A DNA stretch of 63,271 bases, counting the filler, from Reticulomyxa filosa (Eukaryota > Protista > Foraminifera): the NCBI GenBank assembly GCA_000512085.1. It is 23 parts of 23 records of this genome, joined end to end, with 100 filler letters (N's around TTAATTAATTAA, not from the genome) between each part and the next. Parts side by side here need not be neighbours in the genome. Positions count along the whole stretch, not along the records: positions 1 to 14,592 come from ASPP01020344.1; positions 14,693 to 16,679 come from ASPP01016775.1; positions 16,780 to 22,503 come from ASPP01009778.1; positions 22,604 to 26,591 come from ASPP01033278.1; 19 more parts are not named here. One strand, given 5' to 3'. The translations under genes and the position numbers were made by a program. Of this stretch, positions 12,861 through 24,981 are shown in pieces. Numbering within the stretch: position 1 is the first letter of the stretch; every line of letters starts with the position of its first letter. The notes beneath the pieces were generated by a model, which saw only the letters and a list, made by a program, of their open reading frames with translations, was not told the DNA's origin and searched no databases.

Positions 12861-14086
12861 TTATTGCTTTCCGCTTTTCTTTTGTTTCTTTCCGGCACCT
12901 GTCATACACACAACGTTTAGGTTTTATTTTGCTTTTTTTATTACTAACAAAGAGTTTGTGGTACAAAGATCGGTACAGCCACAAAGTAAAAAGACCATGG
13001 GAAATTCAATACAAACCTTGTTTTTGAGCGGCTTGCTTGGTATCTGGTTTCTCTTGTTTTTGTTGAGATTTGGCAGGTTTAGTGGCTGATTTAGCTTCTG
13101 TTTTCTTCGTATCTTGTGGTTTTGCTTCTCCTTTTGTGTCGGCTTTTTCGTTTTTCTTGCCTTTTTGTGTTTGTTGGGTTTGTTGGGTTTTGATTGAGTT
13201 ACCAATTGTTCAGCTTTTTCTGCCAATTTCTTTCGTTCGTTCAAAGCTTGTTCTCTTTGTGCTTCTCTTTCGCGTTTGCGACGAACAGCCACTTCTCGGC
13301 GGGCTTTATATTGTTCCAACAATGAGGCATTTCTTCGACGCTCTTGCAATTCATTGTCAATATTTCTAATGTTTTTTCAAAGTAAAACAAACAAAGTAAA
13401 TTCATTTTTTTCCCCCCTTTTTAAAAGACTTAACTCAATCAAGTTTGCACGATTTTTGAAAGCATTACCTTTTGCTTTCAAGTAAAGTCGATGATACCTA
13501 TAAGATCATTTCAAATGTATATAAAAAAAAAATTTTTGCAAAGTCTCCTCATGTCACACATGCGGTATTTCGAAACTTTTTTAAATAAATAAAAAAAAAT
13601 TTACACACATTCTTCGCTCAATTTTGCCTGTTTCGCGATAACGTCGCAATAATCGACGAACTGCTCTTTGACGTTTCATCCATAAAAGTTTAACGGGGTT
13701 TCGAGCGTTCGCCGTACCTTTGCGTTTACCAAGCCCCAAGTGACGGCCTTTTGCTTTTTCCAAAGCTCTGCGGCGAGCTCGGTAATGACTGTGTATTTTT
13801 CTAGGTTTTTGATAATAAAACCATCACGTACTAATTTACGAATGCCCGCGCCTGTTGTCAATGTATTTTAAAAATGTGTTTGGGTAGATATATCTAATTA
13901 TTTTTGAGGGAAAAATGACAAGTGCAAAAATATTTGTGAACAAGACAGGCAGAAAACAATAGACTCTACTAAACGAGTGCTTTGCCCTTGGATTTCACCA
14001 ACTTCATTGGGATCGATCCACACTTTACGGCGACCACATTTCAAGACTGAGGCGGCCAAACGTTTTTGCAAGCGGAGGTTGGACAT
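12861..14086 (-). CDS. RPL19: 60S ribosomal protein L19 (eL19) with a K/A/Q/T-rich C-terminal extension
   Basis: [59 protein letters not shown]. Four introns. Two 1-nt shifts at 13806-13810 and 13188-13191. Confidence 0.95.
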
Positions 14087-14592
14087 GTTTTATTTCTTTA
14101 TTTGGTAAGGAATAAAAATCAATTGGATGCTTGAAGGATAATTTGATTGCAAATATCCAAGCAAAAAAAAATTTTATGGTTAGATCTTTTTTTAATTCAA
14201 AAACACAGCGTTAGCCCAAAAAGTTCTTTGTTATGAAGCAGTTTTATTGCCAAATATTTTGGATGAATTTGCACTCTTTTGTGACAATTCAGATGTAATA
14301 TAGCCTTTCTAACGCAAAGAAGAATTAAGAATATGTTCAAAAAATTCAGAAAAATGACGGCTTCACAATCTCAATTTTTGCTTCTAAAGAAAACACGATT
14401 TTTAGTTTGTTGACACTAGTTTTTCCTTGGCAATGATATTGGAAATGTGATCACTGAAAATTTGAAAATTTGGTCTAGGGTGTCTTTTGAATAAAAATAT
14501 TGGTAAAAAAGTATAAAAAGCAGTAAAAAAACAAAACAAAGAGTAAGGTAGTGTAGTACTCATGATGTCGTAATAAGTAATTCGCGCACTAC

Positions 14593-14692
14593 NNNNNNNN
14601 NNNNNNNNNNNNNNNNNNNNNNNNNNNNNNNNNNNNTTAATTAATTAANNNNNNNNNNNNNNNNNNNNNNNNNNNNNNNNNNNNNNNNNNNN
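14593..14692. other. Artificial contig spacer, first of 22
   Basis: N44-TTAATTAATTAA-N44. Further copies start at 16680, 22504, 26592, 27802, 29484, 31425, 32680, 35643, 37231, 41823, 43310, 44601, 46373, 49483, 50902, 52226, 55924, 57731, 59131, 60331 and 61524. Confidence 0.99.
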
Positions 14693-14772
14693 GTTTTGGC
14701 TTTGGCTTTGGCTTTGGTTTTGGCTTTGGTTTTGGCTTTGGCTTTGGTTTTGGCTTTGGCTTTGGCTTTGGC
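14693..14772. repeat. (TTTGGC/TTTGGT)n hexamer repeat
   Basis: Seen directly at the contig edge. Confidence 0.9.
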
Positions 14773-15598
14773 TTGCTTCTGTTGCAATATATAGGTTTGA
14801 CAGACATACGTCAAACAGCATAAACGAAACAAATCAAACAAAGATGCAAACAGTGTAGCAACTCGTTTTGTCAAGCATCAGCGCGTCTTCTCGTGAGTCA
14901 TCGTCTTTTGAGTCCAACAAATTGTTGTCGGCAATTGCTTTAACCCTGGAAGTGTTTATTTGTTTGTTTGTTTGTTTGTAGGGGAAACAAAGTCTCACAC
15001 ATTTGTATTTATATACATGTCATATATGCATATACATAAATACATATACATCATACATATACATATACATATATATGTTTATGTATATGTATTTATTTAT
15101 TTATCTATTTTTTATTCCTTTTTCTTATTCTTAACTGATGACTTTGATCAAGTTTATTCAGCAATAAATTCAGATTAATTACAATAGTGTTGCTCGATCG
15201 AATCGTTTGCAGGCTGTTCGCTTCGTGAATCGATATATCATCACGGTCACTCGCAGATTCGCAAAATGCTCTTGCAATAGTGCGTCCCAATCGTTCGAAT
15301 TTTCTATCCATTCTTTGTCCACGCTCTCCAAGTGCCATCCGAAATTGCCTTTTGTATTCAAATTTAAATCCGAGGCTTGTCTAGGGTCAGTGGGCTTCAT
15401 GAAAGGTGGTAATTCTGGAAACATTGTTTGAATCAAACTCACCATGCTCTCAAACGCTGTTTCCGATCTGAAAAAACGTGATTTCATTTTTTCTCCAAAC
15501 TTCACTCGAAGCAGCCATAAGCCTTTCGCATCTTTATTATTTAAGCTATTCATGGGGTTAGGGCCATTTTCAATCAAATCTGCGCTTTTTTGAGCCAT
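14693..15598 (-). CDS. Hypothetical protein, partial; possible PB1/ubiquitin-like fold then an SH3-like start
   Basis: ORF 15179..15598 (LRVKFGEK...WIENSNDWDALL) splices to VKAIADNN...EDALMLDKTSCYT, then a hexamer-repeat low-complexity exon. Domain calls are by eye only. Confidence 0.35.
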
Positions 15599-16237
15599 TT
15601 TGAATAATCAAACAGCAATGGATCCGTAATCGGCGATAGTCTTTTTTTAAGATATTTTGTCCAAAGACTCTTGTCACTTTGTTAAGAACTTGTAAAGAAA
15701 TGGTAAAAAATGGTTATGTAATGCCATCTGTTCCAGTTTAGAAGGTGGTAGCAATCAATTACTATACAAAGCGCTCTTTATATAGTGTCCGTTTGCAATA
15801 GTAAATGATATAATCGTTCACAAGTATACGGCCAATCAATTAGAATATTGCATGTAGAAAAAATAAATAAGTGAATGAGCTAAAGATTGTAAAAGAGATA
15901 CGAAGAAGAAAATTTCAACTATAACACAGTTATTTGTCACAATTTAGATTCACCACACGTGCTTCAAAGTATAAAAACTTTTTAAAAAATGTTTATCACA
16001 AAATAAAATAATAACACTTAAAATTTAAGCTGAATTGTAAAAATACATGTATCATTTTTATTTATTTAATTTTTTACAATTATTTTGTTCCACATGTGCA
16101 CAAGTTATTATGGTATATTTATTTAATGCTGGATACAGTTACACGTTTACACAAAAAAGAAATAACCAACAGTTTTGTTTTTACCCTGTTTTATAATTTT
16201 TCTGCTAGCTTTTTAAAAGAAAAGAAGGAATAGAAAA

Positions 16238-16679
16238 ATGGCACAGCATTCAGCAGTAGATGCATTGAAAGCGATAACCAAAGCTCCTGTTCGAGTAATA
16301 GGTGAGTTCTCACTGTTTGCTAAAGAAAAAAAACAGTCAAAAAACTAAACATAACAACAACCACATGAAAGGAATATCGGGCAGTTTGCGAAAGGGCTCA
16401 GCGAACACTGGATTGTTGCGATTTGTGCAAAAGAACGTCCCAAAAAATGTGGATTTTGAAATTGCTGATTTGAGTGAAATACCACTATATAATTCAGATT
16501 TGAACGACATGAAAGACGAGAACAATGATCCAAAAGCAGTTGTCGCATTTCGAAAAAAAATCAGACAAAGTGATGCGATATTATTTGCGTCAACCGAGTA
16601 TAATTATGGAATGTCTGGTGTTTTGAAAAATGCTATCGATTGGGCTTCCAGAAGTGCAAATGGTAATTTTTTTTTTTTT
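16238..16679 (+). CDS. NAD(P)H-dependent FMN/quinone reductase (FMN_red family), 3'-truncated
   Basis: Intron 16302-16371. GISGSLRKGSAN, IPLYNSD, SDAILFASTEYNYGMSGVLKNAIDWASR. Confidence 0.9.
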
Positions 16680-16779
16680 NNNNNNNNNNNNNNNNNNNNN
16701 NNNNNNNNNNNNNNNNNNNNNNNTTAATTAATTAANNNNNNNNNNNNNNNNNNNNNNNNNNNNNNNNNNNNNNNNNNNN

Positions 16780-16789
<10 letters not shown>

Positions 16790-16824
<35 letters not shown>

Positions 16825-17772
16825 TCGTGCAAAATGTTTGCTGTTCAAAGATGAAACAAACGGTGGCAAATGATCTGGGGATATGCATCATGGGATGCAT
16901 TTGAATAAAATTGCGGGACTTTAAAATTCGCATGACAAGGTCTTTGAGCAAGTGGAGAAAGGCTTCGCGTTCGTCTCTTTGCATAATGTAAACCTGAATC
17001 GTTTTAACGGCGTCAGAACAGTCTATGGAAAGTCGATTCCACAAATGCTCCGTCTTTTCATTATGTAAGTGCTTCAATTGATTTTGCAACTCTGTGTTAT
17101 ACGAGTACTTTGCATACCAACCCTTCCCCGTCTCATAGCATGGCACCTGACGCTGTGCGCCATCTTCGTTGTCGTTACATTCCTCTTCACCTTGCAGATA
17201 CTCGACTGGCACGTTCTCGTGTGTTCGATACGCATACTTTTCTTCTGCATATTGGAGCACTTGGCGCACTAGTGTTGTTATGCTCCACTCCCACATTTTA
17301 TTCGCTGCCTCTTTTTCTGGCTTTTTGCTTGGCTCCGTTTTGATAAAGTACTTTTTCAACATGTTCTGGTTTATATTACAAAACAACTCTTTTTTTTTTT
17401 TTGTTCCCTCTGTTTTTTATTATTATTCATGCAAAGGGTGGTATTGAAAAAAAAATAAATTAAAACAACAAGATTGACGGATTGAAAGCATTATGGAAAC
17501 GGCTGAGAAAAGGAAACACAATGCTACACATAACACACAACTCTTTTAGCCTCCGGTGTTGTGTAGTCCACTTTCTTGAGCATTGGGTTTTGATTCTTCA
17601 TGAAAAATTTTTCTGCATTTTTGTTGTACACGTTCTCGTTCGAACTCATAATCTCTTGCAATTCCTGCGTGAGTGTCTCATTGTCGATAATCTCCAATAT
17701 ATCTTGTTCTTTGATTTCATCTATTTTACCAAATGGTCGTCGAAAAGGTATAAATTCGTCATTTGTGCTCAT
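16790..17772 (-). CDS. Hypothetical protein, partial
   Basis: ORFs 17524..17772 and 16790..17386 join in frame via a GT-AG intron. No family recognised. Confidence 0.5.
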
Positions 17773-18254
17773 CGTCTGATTTTATCCTATCAAGATAATG
17801 TCTCTAGACCAAAGAGACCCCTTAATCTTTACTTTTTTCAACAAAAAAAATTCACTGGAACCAGTTACTCAGTACTATTGCACGTTTATCTGCAAATTTT
17901 CACTACTAGTTTATTGCTAATGTTTCACAAGTTATATAAAGAATTGCTTTTGAAATTAACAGAAATCATAGGAAAGTACAGCAGAAAGTGGCAAACTGAA
18001 AATAACTCAAGTAATTTTCGTTGGTACATCAATGCTTACATATAAATAACTTCATTTATTAATATTTGGTACTGAGTTAAGCAGTGTTTGGAGTTTAAAC
18101 TGGGATAACTGATAATATTCAATTGTGTGTAAAAAATTATTGATAGTTTGTTTAACCCACTTGAAGAAACCGCGGTCAGCAAGTTAATTGAAGTTTTTTC
18201 CAGTGAATCCAAGACTGGCCGTTAAAAAAAAAATAAATTTGCATCTTTCCTTAA

Positions 18255-18891
18255 ATGAAACGAGTTGGTCTTGCATTCCACGAAGATTGCCTTTTGCACA
18301 AAGGCCCAGTAGGACATCCGGAATCACCGCAGCGAGTTCGGAAGATTTTGGAAGAGCTGAAAAAACAAGGACTTTTTGACAAGTGTATCCCAATAACCGG
18401 TAAAGACATCCCAACAGTGACCAAAGAAGAGCTACTTTTAACACATGGCGAAAATCTTGTCATGAAAGTTTTGACAAGTTTTGAAGAGATTGACCTCTAC
18501 AGTGCCAATAAATTTTTTTACGTCGACTCAGACACTTACTACTGCAAGGACACTCCTAACGCAGGTTTTTTTATTTTTATTTTTTTTATGTTCCCAATGC
18601 GATCAAAATTTGGACAATGTACCAAAAAAAAAAAGCACTGTTGGCGATTGGAGCAGTGACAGAATTGATGGAAAGGGTGTTCAAAGGTGAGTTGGACAGT
18701 GGATTTGCAGTAGTAAGGCCACCAGGCCATCATTGCGAAAAGAGCAAACCAATGGGATTTTGCTTATTCAGCAATGTTGTGGTTGCAATAAATGCGATCA
18801 AGCACAAATACAAACACACTAACAAATATCAAAGATTTGCTGTTATCGATTGGTTAATTTTTTGTTTGTTTTTTTAATTATTATAATATAA

Positions 18892-18924
<33 letters not shown>

Positions 18925-21816
18925 AATATATACATTTATATATGTATATGTGTATATACTGGTGATGATGTACAATTGAAGGGACGTACACCATGGAAAC
19001 GGAAGCCAAGACTTGTTCTGGGAAGATGAAAACATACTATACATCTCCTTGCACCGAAGTGACAACGGGACATTTTATCCGCAAAGTGGACTGGTCCATG
19101 AAACGAACAATGGACACAATGTGAACATTCCATTGTGGGGAGGGATGGGAGACGAGGAGTATGGACAAAGCTTTGAGGCGGTCATTTGTCCGATTATTGA
19201 GGCGTTTCAGCCGGAGATGATCCTCATTTCGAGTGGTTTTGATTCGTGTTGGGGCGACGAAATGGGCGGAATGAATGTCACACCTCCAATGTATGGACAG
19301 TTTATCGACTACTTGTATCGCATCCCATTCCGACATCCTTGCGGAATTGTCGTTTTATTGGAAGGAGGGTACCACTTGGACATGCTGGGCAAGGCAGCTT
19401 GTAGTCTTACGTATGCGCTCTTGCATGGACATGTTAAAAAGAAAGAAACAAAAAAAAAAAAAAAAAAGAGTTTCTAAGTAGTCAATCTTTCAAAAAAAAA
19501 AATTGTAAAAAAATAATCAAAAATAAAAATTAAAAATAAATAGTTTGAGATAAACAAATTTTTGCAGAGTATTAAGGATAGCAAATCTTTTGAAGAATGG
19601 AAACTTGTGCCAATGATCATTGATACAACAAATGAGCAAGCACAAAAGAAAAAAAAAGCTCAGTTCACTGAAGTGCTGACTGACGTGTTAATTGTTCAAT
19701 CTGTGCACTACCCAACACTGAAGCTTGGGAAACACTTTGCAAAATTGAACTTGGCCAAAAATAGTAATTTTATTGCAATGCACGCTGTTTTGTTTTGTCT
19801 TTTTTTTTTTTTTTTTTTTTTGATTATCTAAAGGGAGCATCAAACCATGGCATTGCCACAAAATTTAAAAATAAATAAAGAAAAAAGAAAAAGAAAGTAA
19901 TGAAATGAAACAAGGCACTTCTGAAGAAGTAGATATGTTTTGCAAGCTATTGTCCTCGTATCCATACGGCCTCACCATCGACTCGATTGCGTCGAGTGTC
20001 AGTTATCAGATCAACGTACTGAAGAACAAGGCCTTATTGCCATTCCGCTTCAAAGCCGATGAGTACTCACAGGACATTATATCCGGCTTGCGTCTCCAAA
20101 TTCGTGGTTGTGATGGTGGTGGTGGTGGTGGTGGTGGTGCTTCGAATGCCAACAGCAGCAACTTGTGGCTATCCAAGTGTCGAGTGGTTGGTGACTGTGT
20201 GTTACCATTGGCAACCGTTGTGACTATGTACAAACTTAACAACTGTCGTGCAAACAAGCATTTGAACGGCACGTACGTGCTGCGCACGCCATTATTGTGC
20301 CTCCATCCGCACATGCGCAAGGACAGACTTCAGTCCAAAGTCGACCTGCACGAGTGCAACGGAGGCTTTTACATGGAGTATGTCAACTATCATCCGATTT
20401 ACCCTTTGCATGCACATGAGCAGTGGATCGTGATGGAAGGACCTCTGTTTGAAACAAAAGCTTATTCGCAACATATTGAAGACAATGACAATAAAAAAGA
20501 TGATAGCAAAGATGATAAAAAAAAAGAAAATACGATGACAAAACTAACTTGGCAAATCAATAGCATTGCAGACCTAAATAATGAACACCGATTGGTGCAA
20601 ACACATGTTTCATATCCCTTCCATCGCAGCGATGACAGAGAAGAGTATATTACCAGCGTTTTGGAGTCGTACTTGCAGCCGCATTTCATGAAATGGAGTG
20701 TCAAAGTCGGGGATCGCGTGTGGCTGTATTTGAAGGACGATTGCTTGGACGAGGATCGGTACACGGAGGATATACGTACCGTCCTCAAGCATGCGCGCAC
20801 AAGTGAGGTGGTCGTCCCTGGAAGAGTGTCCGCTATCGACCTGTTCCGTTCTGACAATGGCTTTTTCTATGTGGAGCTGAGCGAAGGTGAAAAGTCCTTA
20901 TGGCCTGAAAAGGAAACTAAAGACCCTGCGGAATTGGGGATCATGTATTTCAAATCCGTGCATTTGGTTTCGTATTTTTTTTTTACACGATAAGTCGATT
21001 CATAAAACATTGGAGCCATTGTTTTTGTGATTTTTTTTTTTTTAAAAAAAACATGTGTGCATGTGTCAGAATGATGTGGCGTTTATAAGAGGATATGAAA
21101 AAACCTTGTTTGATCGGACAAGGACGATAAAGATCTATTTGAAAGGCTTCGATGATGGGATTGCCTTTCAGGATACGCGAACGAAGCAACAGGTCGCAAA
21201 CGTGCTGAAAACAGTAGGAAGCATTCTCGAGAAAGAGTGCTCGGCTCGGACGAGCAAGGACAAAACATGGAATACGTTTTCACTTTTGCTAACCTTTGAT
21301 GGTGGCGAGTTTGCTCAAAGCTCGTACACCTTCTTGCTACCTATCATCTATCAGTTCGTTTGCACTCATTTCGCATCACAAATCACCACCGTGCAATTGC
21401 TCGCGTTTTTGACGCATGACTGCCGCCAAAGATTTCAAACTGATTGGAGGGACGTAGTATTTTATAGTGATGTCCACAAACGTGTCAAAGACAATGTCAG
21501 GATATGGGGAGTTTTGAAAGACGAACGGGATCAACATGAAGTTGGTGTGTATGGAATGATACATTCTCGTCCTGAATACGTGCTATGCTTTGGTGGTGGA
21601 ACAGCTTTACAACACGAATTCAAAGATTTGCTCGCTCAGCAAAATTTAACCCATATCTTGCCAAACATGTTTGTATACGTATTTGATGTGCTCCAATACA
21701 AATATGTGGATCATGGCCGCGTGGAAGTACAAAAGTCGTTCTTCTTTGAGGGGGGAGACATCAAACATAAACATATTCATGTTGAACTTTTCCAATGTCA
21801 ACCCAGCTTACACTAA
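18255..21816 (+). CDS. Zn-dependent histone deacetylase (class II-like) with a ~650-aa C-terminal extension (998 aa)
   Basis: Exons 18255-18564, 18636-18852, 18982-19432, 19544-19763, 19915-20966, 21070-21816 total 2997 nt, in frame. Motifs HPESPQR, RPPGHH, MGFC, DWDVHHGNG, ISLH, NVNIP, SSGFD, LEGGY. Confidence 0.9.
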
Positions 21817-22605
21817 TCTCTAGTGTAAGTTTGGACTGTGTTCGGTTTGTGTTATTCCTTCTTCTCTTCCATCTTCTCATTTTTCTTTGACTTAAAAACA
21901 TTTATCATAGTGATCAAGAATCAACATACACAGTTTTGTTTTGTACAACATCTCATATTCGAATTGTTTTATCTTTGATAAGAGAGACAATCTTAGAGCT
22001 ATACTACTGAAAATACTACGTACTCTGTAATACTTTCATAAATGAAAACATTGTCTATATTTTAATATCAGTTTTTATAACGATGCCTTTTAATTTGTAT
22101 TTAAAGAAAGTAAAAAACATATTTGAAAATAAGAGACCATCTTAATTTGACATTTGAAATTTTAAATATTGCGTTTGCCAACAAAAACTTGCCCAATTCG
22201 TGTGTATAGTCCTCAAAACCCAAAAGCGTTCAAAGAGAAGAAACAAGCATGAAGCGTTAATTCTCCAGGAATAATGCATCACGTGCTGTAATTGCGTTCT
22301 TTTTTAAAAAAATAAACTCTACGTTAAGGGCCCTACATGAAAAAAAACAATTAATTTTCATTAGTTTGTACGGGATAATTGTTGTTATTGAACATTTATT
22401 CTTCTCAAGATGCAATTCGGTAAAGGAAATGGTTTCTTTTATGTCCTTCATTGTCAACAAAAGAGTTTTTGTCAAATCGGTTCCAACGTTGGAACCGAAA
22501 GGGNNNNNNNNNNNNNNNNNNNNNNNNNNNNNNNNNNNNNNNNNNNNTTAATTAATTAANNNNNNNNNNNNNNNNNNNNNNNNNNNNNNNNNNNNNNNNN
22601 NNNAG

Positions 22606-23840
22606 TCAAAAGAAGAAGAGATCCAAATCATTATCCATCATTGGATTCGAACATTAAACATTCAATTAGGATGGATCAAAGATTTTGACAAACTCGTTGT
22701 CGATTATGTTAGTTCATTTGTTCTTTCTTTTTTTAAATACTAATTAAAATATTCAATGTTTATTTAACACAGGCATCTACTGCCTTCATGTTTGACACAT
22801 TTCGTTCATCATCCAAATTAATCAATGAATTCACTGGACATACAAGCTATGTGTGGAGTATTGATTATTCAACATTTGATGACTGTCTATTCATTTGTTC
22901 TGGATCAAATGATAGAACAGTCCGCGTATGTGATGTTGATAACAACAAACAAATTCAATCATTCAATAAACATTTATCTGATGTGCATTGTGTGAAATTT
23001 TCATCATATCATCGTCAAAATATAATTTTTTCTTCATCAGGTGACAAAACCATTCGTTTTTGGAATTTCAAACATAATATGCAATTACAAATATTCAATG
23101 AACACACTGATGGTGTTTGTGGTATTGAATTTTCACCATTTAATGGTGGTAGATATTTGTGTTCTGGATCATATGACAAAACAATTCGTTTATGGGATGT
23201 TGAAACATCAAAATTATTGCATATTTTTAATGGGCATGAAAAAGGTATTTTGTGTGTTGATATTTCACCATTACAAAGCAATAATAACAATGGCAATAAG
23301 AAAAAAATGAATAATATTGGTGTGATTGGTGGAAATGGATATACAATTTGTTCTGGATCACTTGATAAAACCGTTCGAATATAGGATATTGAAATAGCCA
23401 AACAATTCAATGTATTTAAAGGACATATATCTTATGTGCAAAGTGTAAAATATGGATTAAATGAATTTGTGAATACAATATTATCTAGATCAGATGATAA
23501 AAGTGTTCGTTTGTGGGATATTCGATCTGGTGAGCAAATTCAAGTATTCAATGGACATAAATATGAAGTATGGTCTGTTGAATATTCACCATTTGTAATA
23601 AAGAATAGTATTGGTAATTCAAATGTAATATGTTCTGGGTCATGGGATAATACAATTCGTTTTTGGGATATTCGATCAAATAAGAAGGAATTGTATATGA
23701 TCAAAGGAAATGAGGAAGAAGATAGAATGTTATGTCTTAAATTTATTGCATTGAAAAAGAAAAAGGATTCAAAGAATGTGACATATGATTTGAATTTGTG
23801 TTATGGTTCAGTCAAAGGTCCCATTCGTATTTGGGGATAA
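22606..23840 (+). pseudogene. Module-WD40 family gene with an in-frame TAG
   Basis: Module exon 22606-22707, intron 22708-22772, then WD40 repeats. TAG at 23382-23384 replaces the Trp of VRIWDIE. The frame continues to IRIWG*. Confidence 0.75.
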
Positions 23841-24981
23841 TCTAGTTTTTTGTTAAACAAGAAGAAAAGTAAGATGATATTAAACTTGTTCGATTTGATT
23901 GAATGCAAGCATTGAAAGATCTATTTCTCTACTTTGTTGTTAAAAAATTGAAAAAGCTGCGTTTAATGTTTTTTTGAAGAATTGAAAGTCATAATAAATA
24001 AAAATTTTGTCCAAATATCAAAATAAATTGCAAAAGATTTTAAGTATTGATATCATTGAAAATAAATACGTTGAAAAAATATTTTTCTAAGAATCCTTTT
24101 ACGTTTATTCCTTACGTTTTTGGTAACAAGATATTTTTAATTGAGGAAAAAAAATGATAAAGCAAAAAGCTTTATTCACAATATTCATCACCAAACATAA
24201 ATTGGGAGTTTCACTAAAGATAGAAGTAGGAATATGTTGACTTTGTCTTTTAAAAGGTTTTTGTGTTGTAGTCCAATTTCCCATGTTATTAGTGTTGCTG
24301 AATTTTTTGATTTAACCCTTTGAAAAAAACAAAAGACAAAAAAGATATTTTATATGAATGTTTTATAATGGTCAAAAATATTGCAGTCATTTTTTTTAAT
24401 GTTACAAAAGTTGAAAAAATGAGAAGTCTCTCAGTAAAAAAAAAAGCTAATAACGCAGCAACTTGAGAATGTCCTTTAATTTTTGTATTTTCTTTCCTGA
24501 TTTTGCATGTGAAAAGAACGCTAAGTGCTTCCACGTCTCTTTCTATTCCAATGCCGGCGTCTCCAAGGAGCCCTCGCTCTAACAAGACGGATTAAGTAGC
24601 ATACAATTACTTACTACTGCTTTATTACTCACACATGGATGGTGCTAGAATGTTACGAGAAAGTTCCTTGCTATCAAAGTCGTATAACAGTAGTGAATAA
24701 GCATGCTCTTCTCACAAGCACAGGTGTGGTTGAGCGCTGTTAAATAACACTATTCATACAAATAAATTTTGTTATTTGCTATATGATACAAAAATTTATT
24801 TTTGCTCATTATATGCAAATTTCATTTAATTCAAAAAAAAGAAAAGGTTATTCAAAGCCAATTGCAATTTTTATTTGTTTTGTCTAATTTGTTTTGCTGC
24901 GAAGAATATTTTTAAGAATAAGCATCATTGAGAACAAATACTTATATTTTTTTACAAGCAAATAGCAATAATAATAAAAAA

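Noticed and set aside
14637-14648. Palindromic TTAATTAATTAA recurring 22 times
   Set aside because: It is always centred in N44 flanks, so it is an artificial all-frame stop linker. ORFs ending in XXX/LIN are artefacts.
23382-23384. In-frame TAG at a conserved Trp as possible codon reassignment
   Set aside because: It is a single case. TGG is used elsewhere, and TAA, TGA and TAG all end genes here (7900, 9965, 54139).
24718-24760. tRNA A-box-like GGTGTGGTTGAGCG in a GC-richer patch
   Set aside because: No T-loop or cloverleaf could be built.
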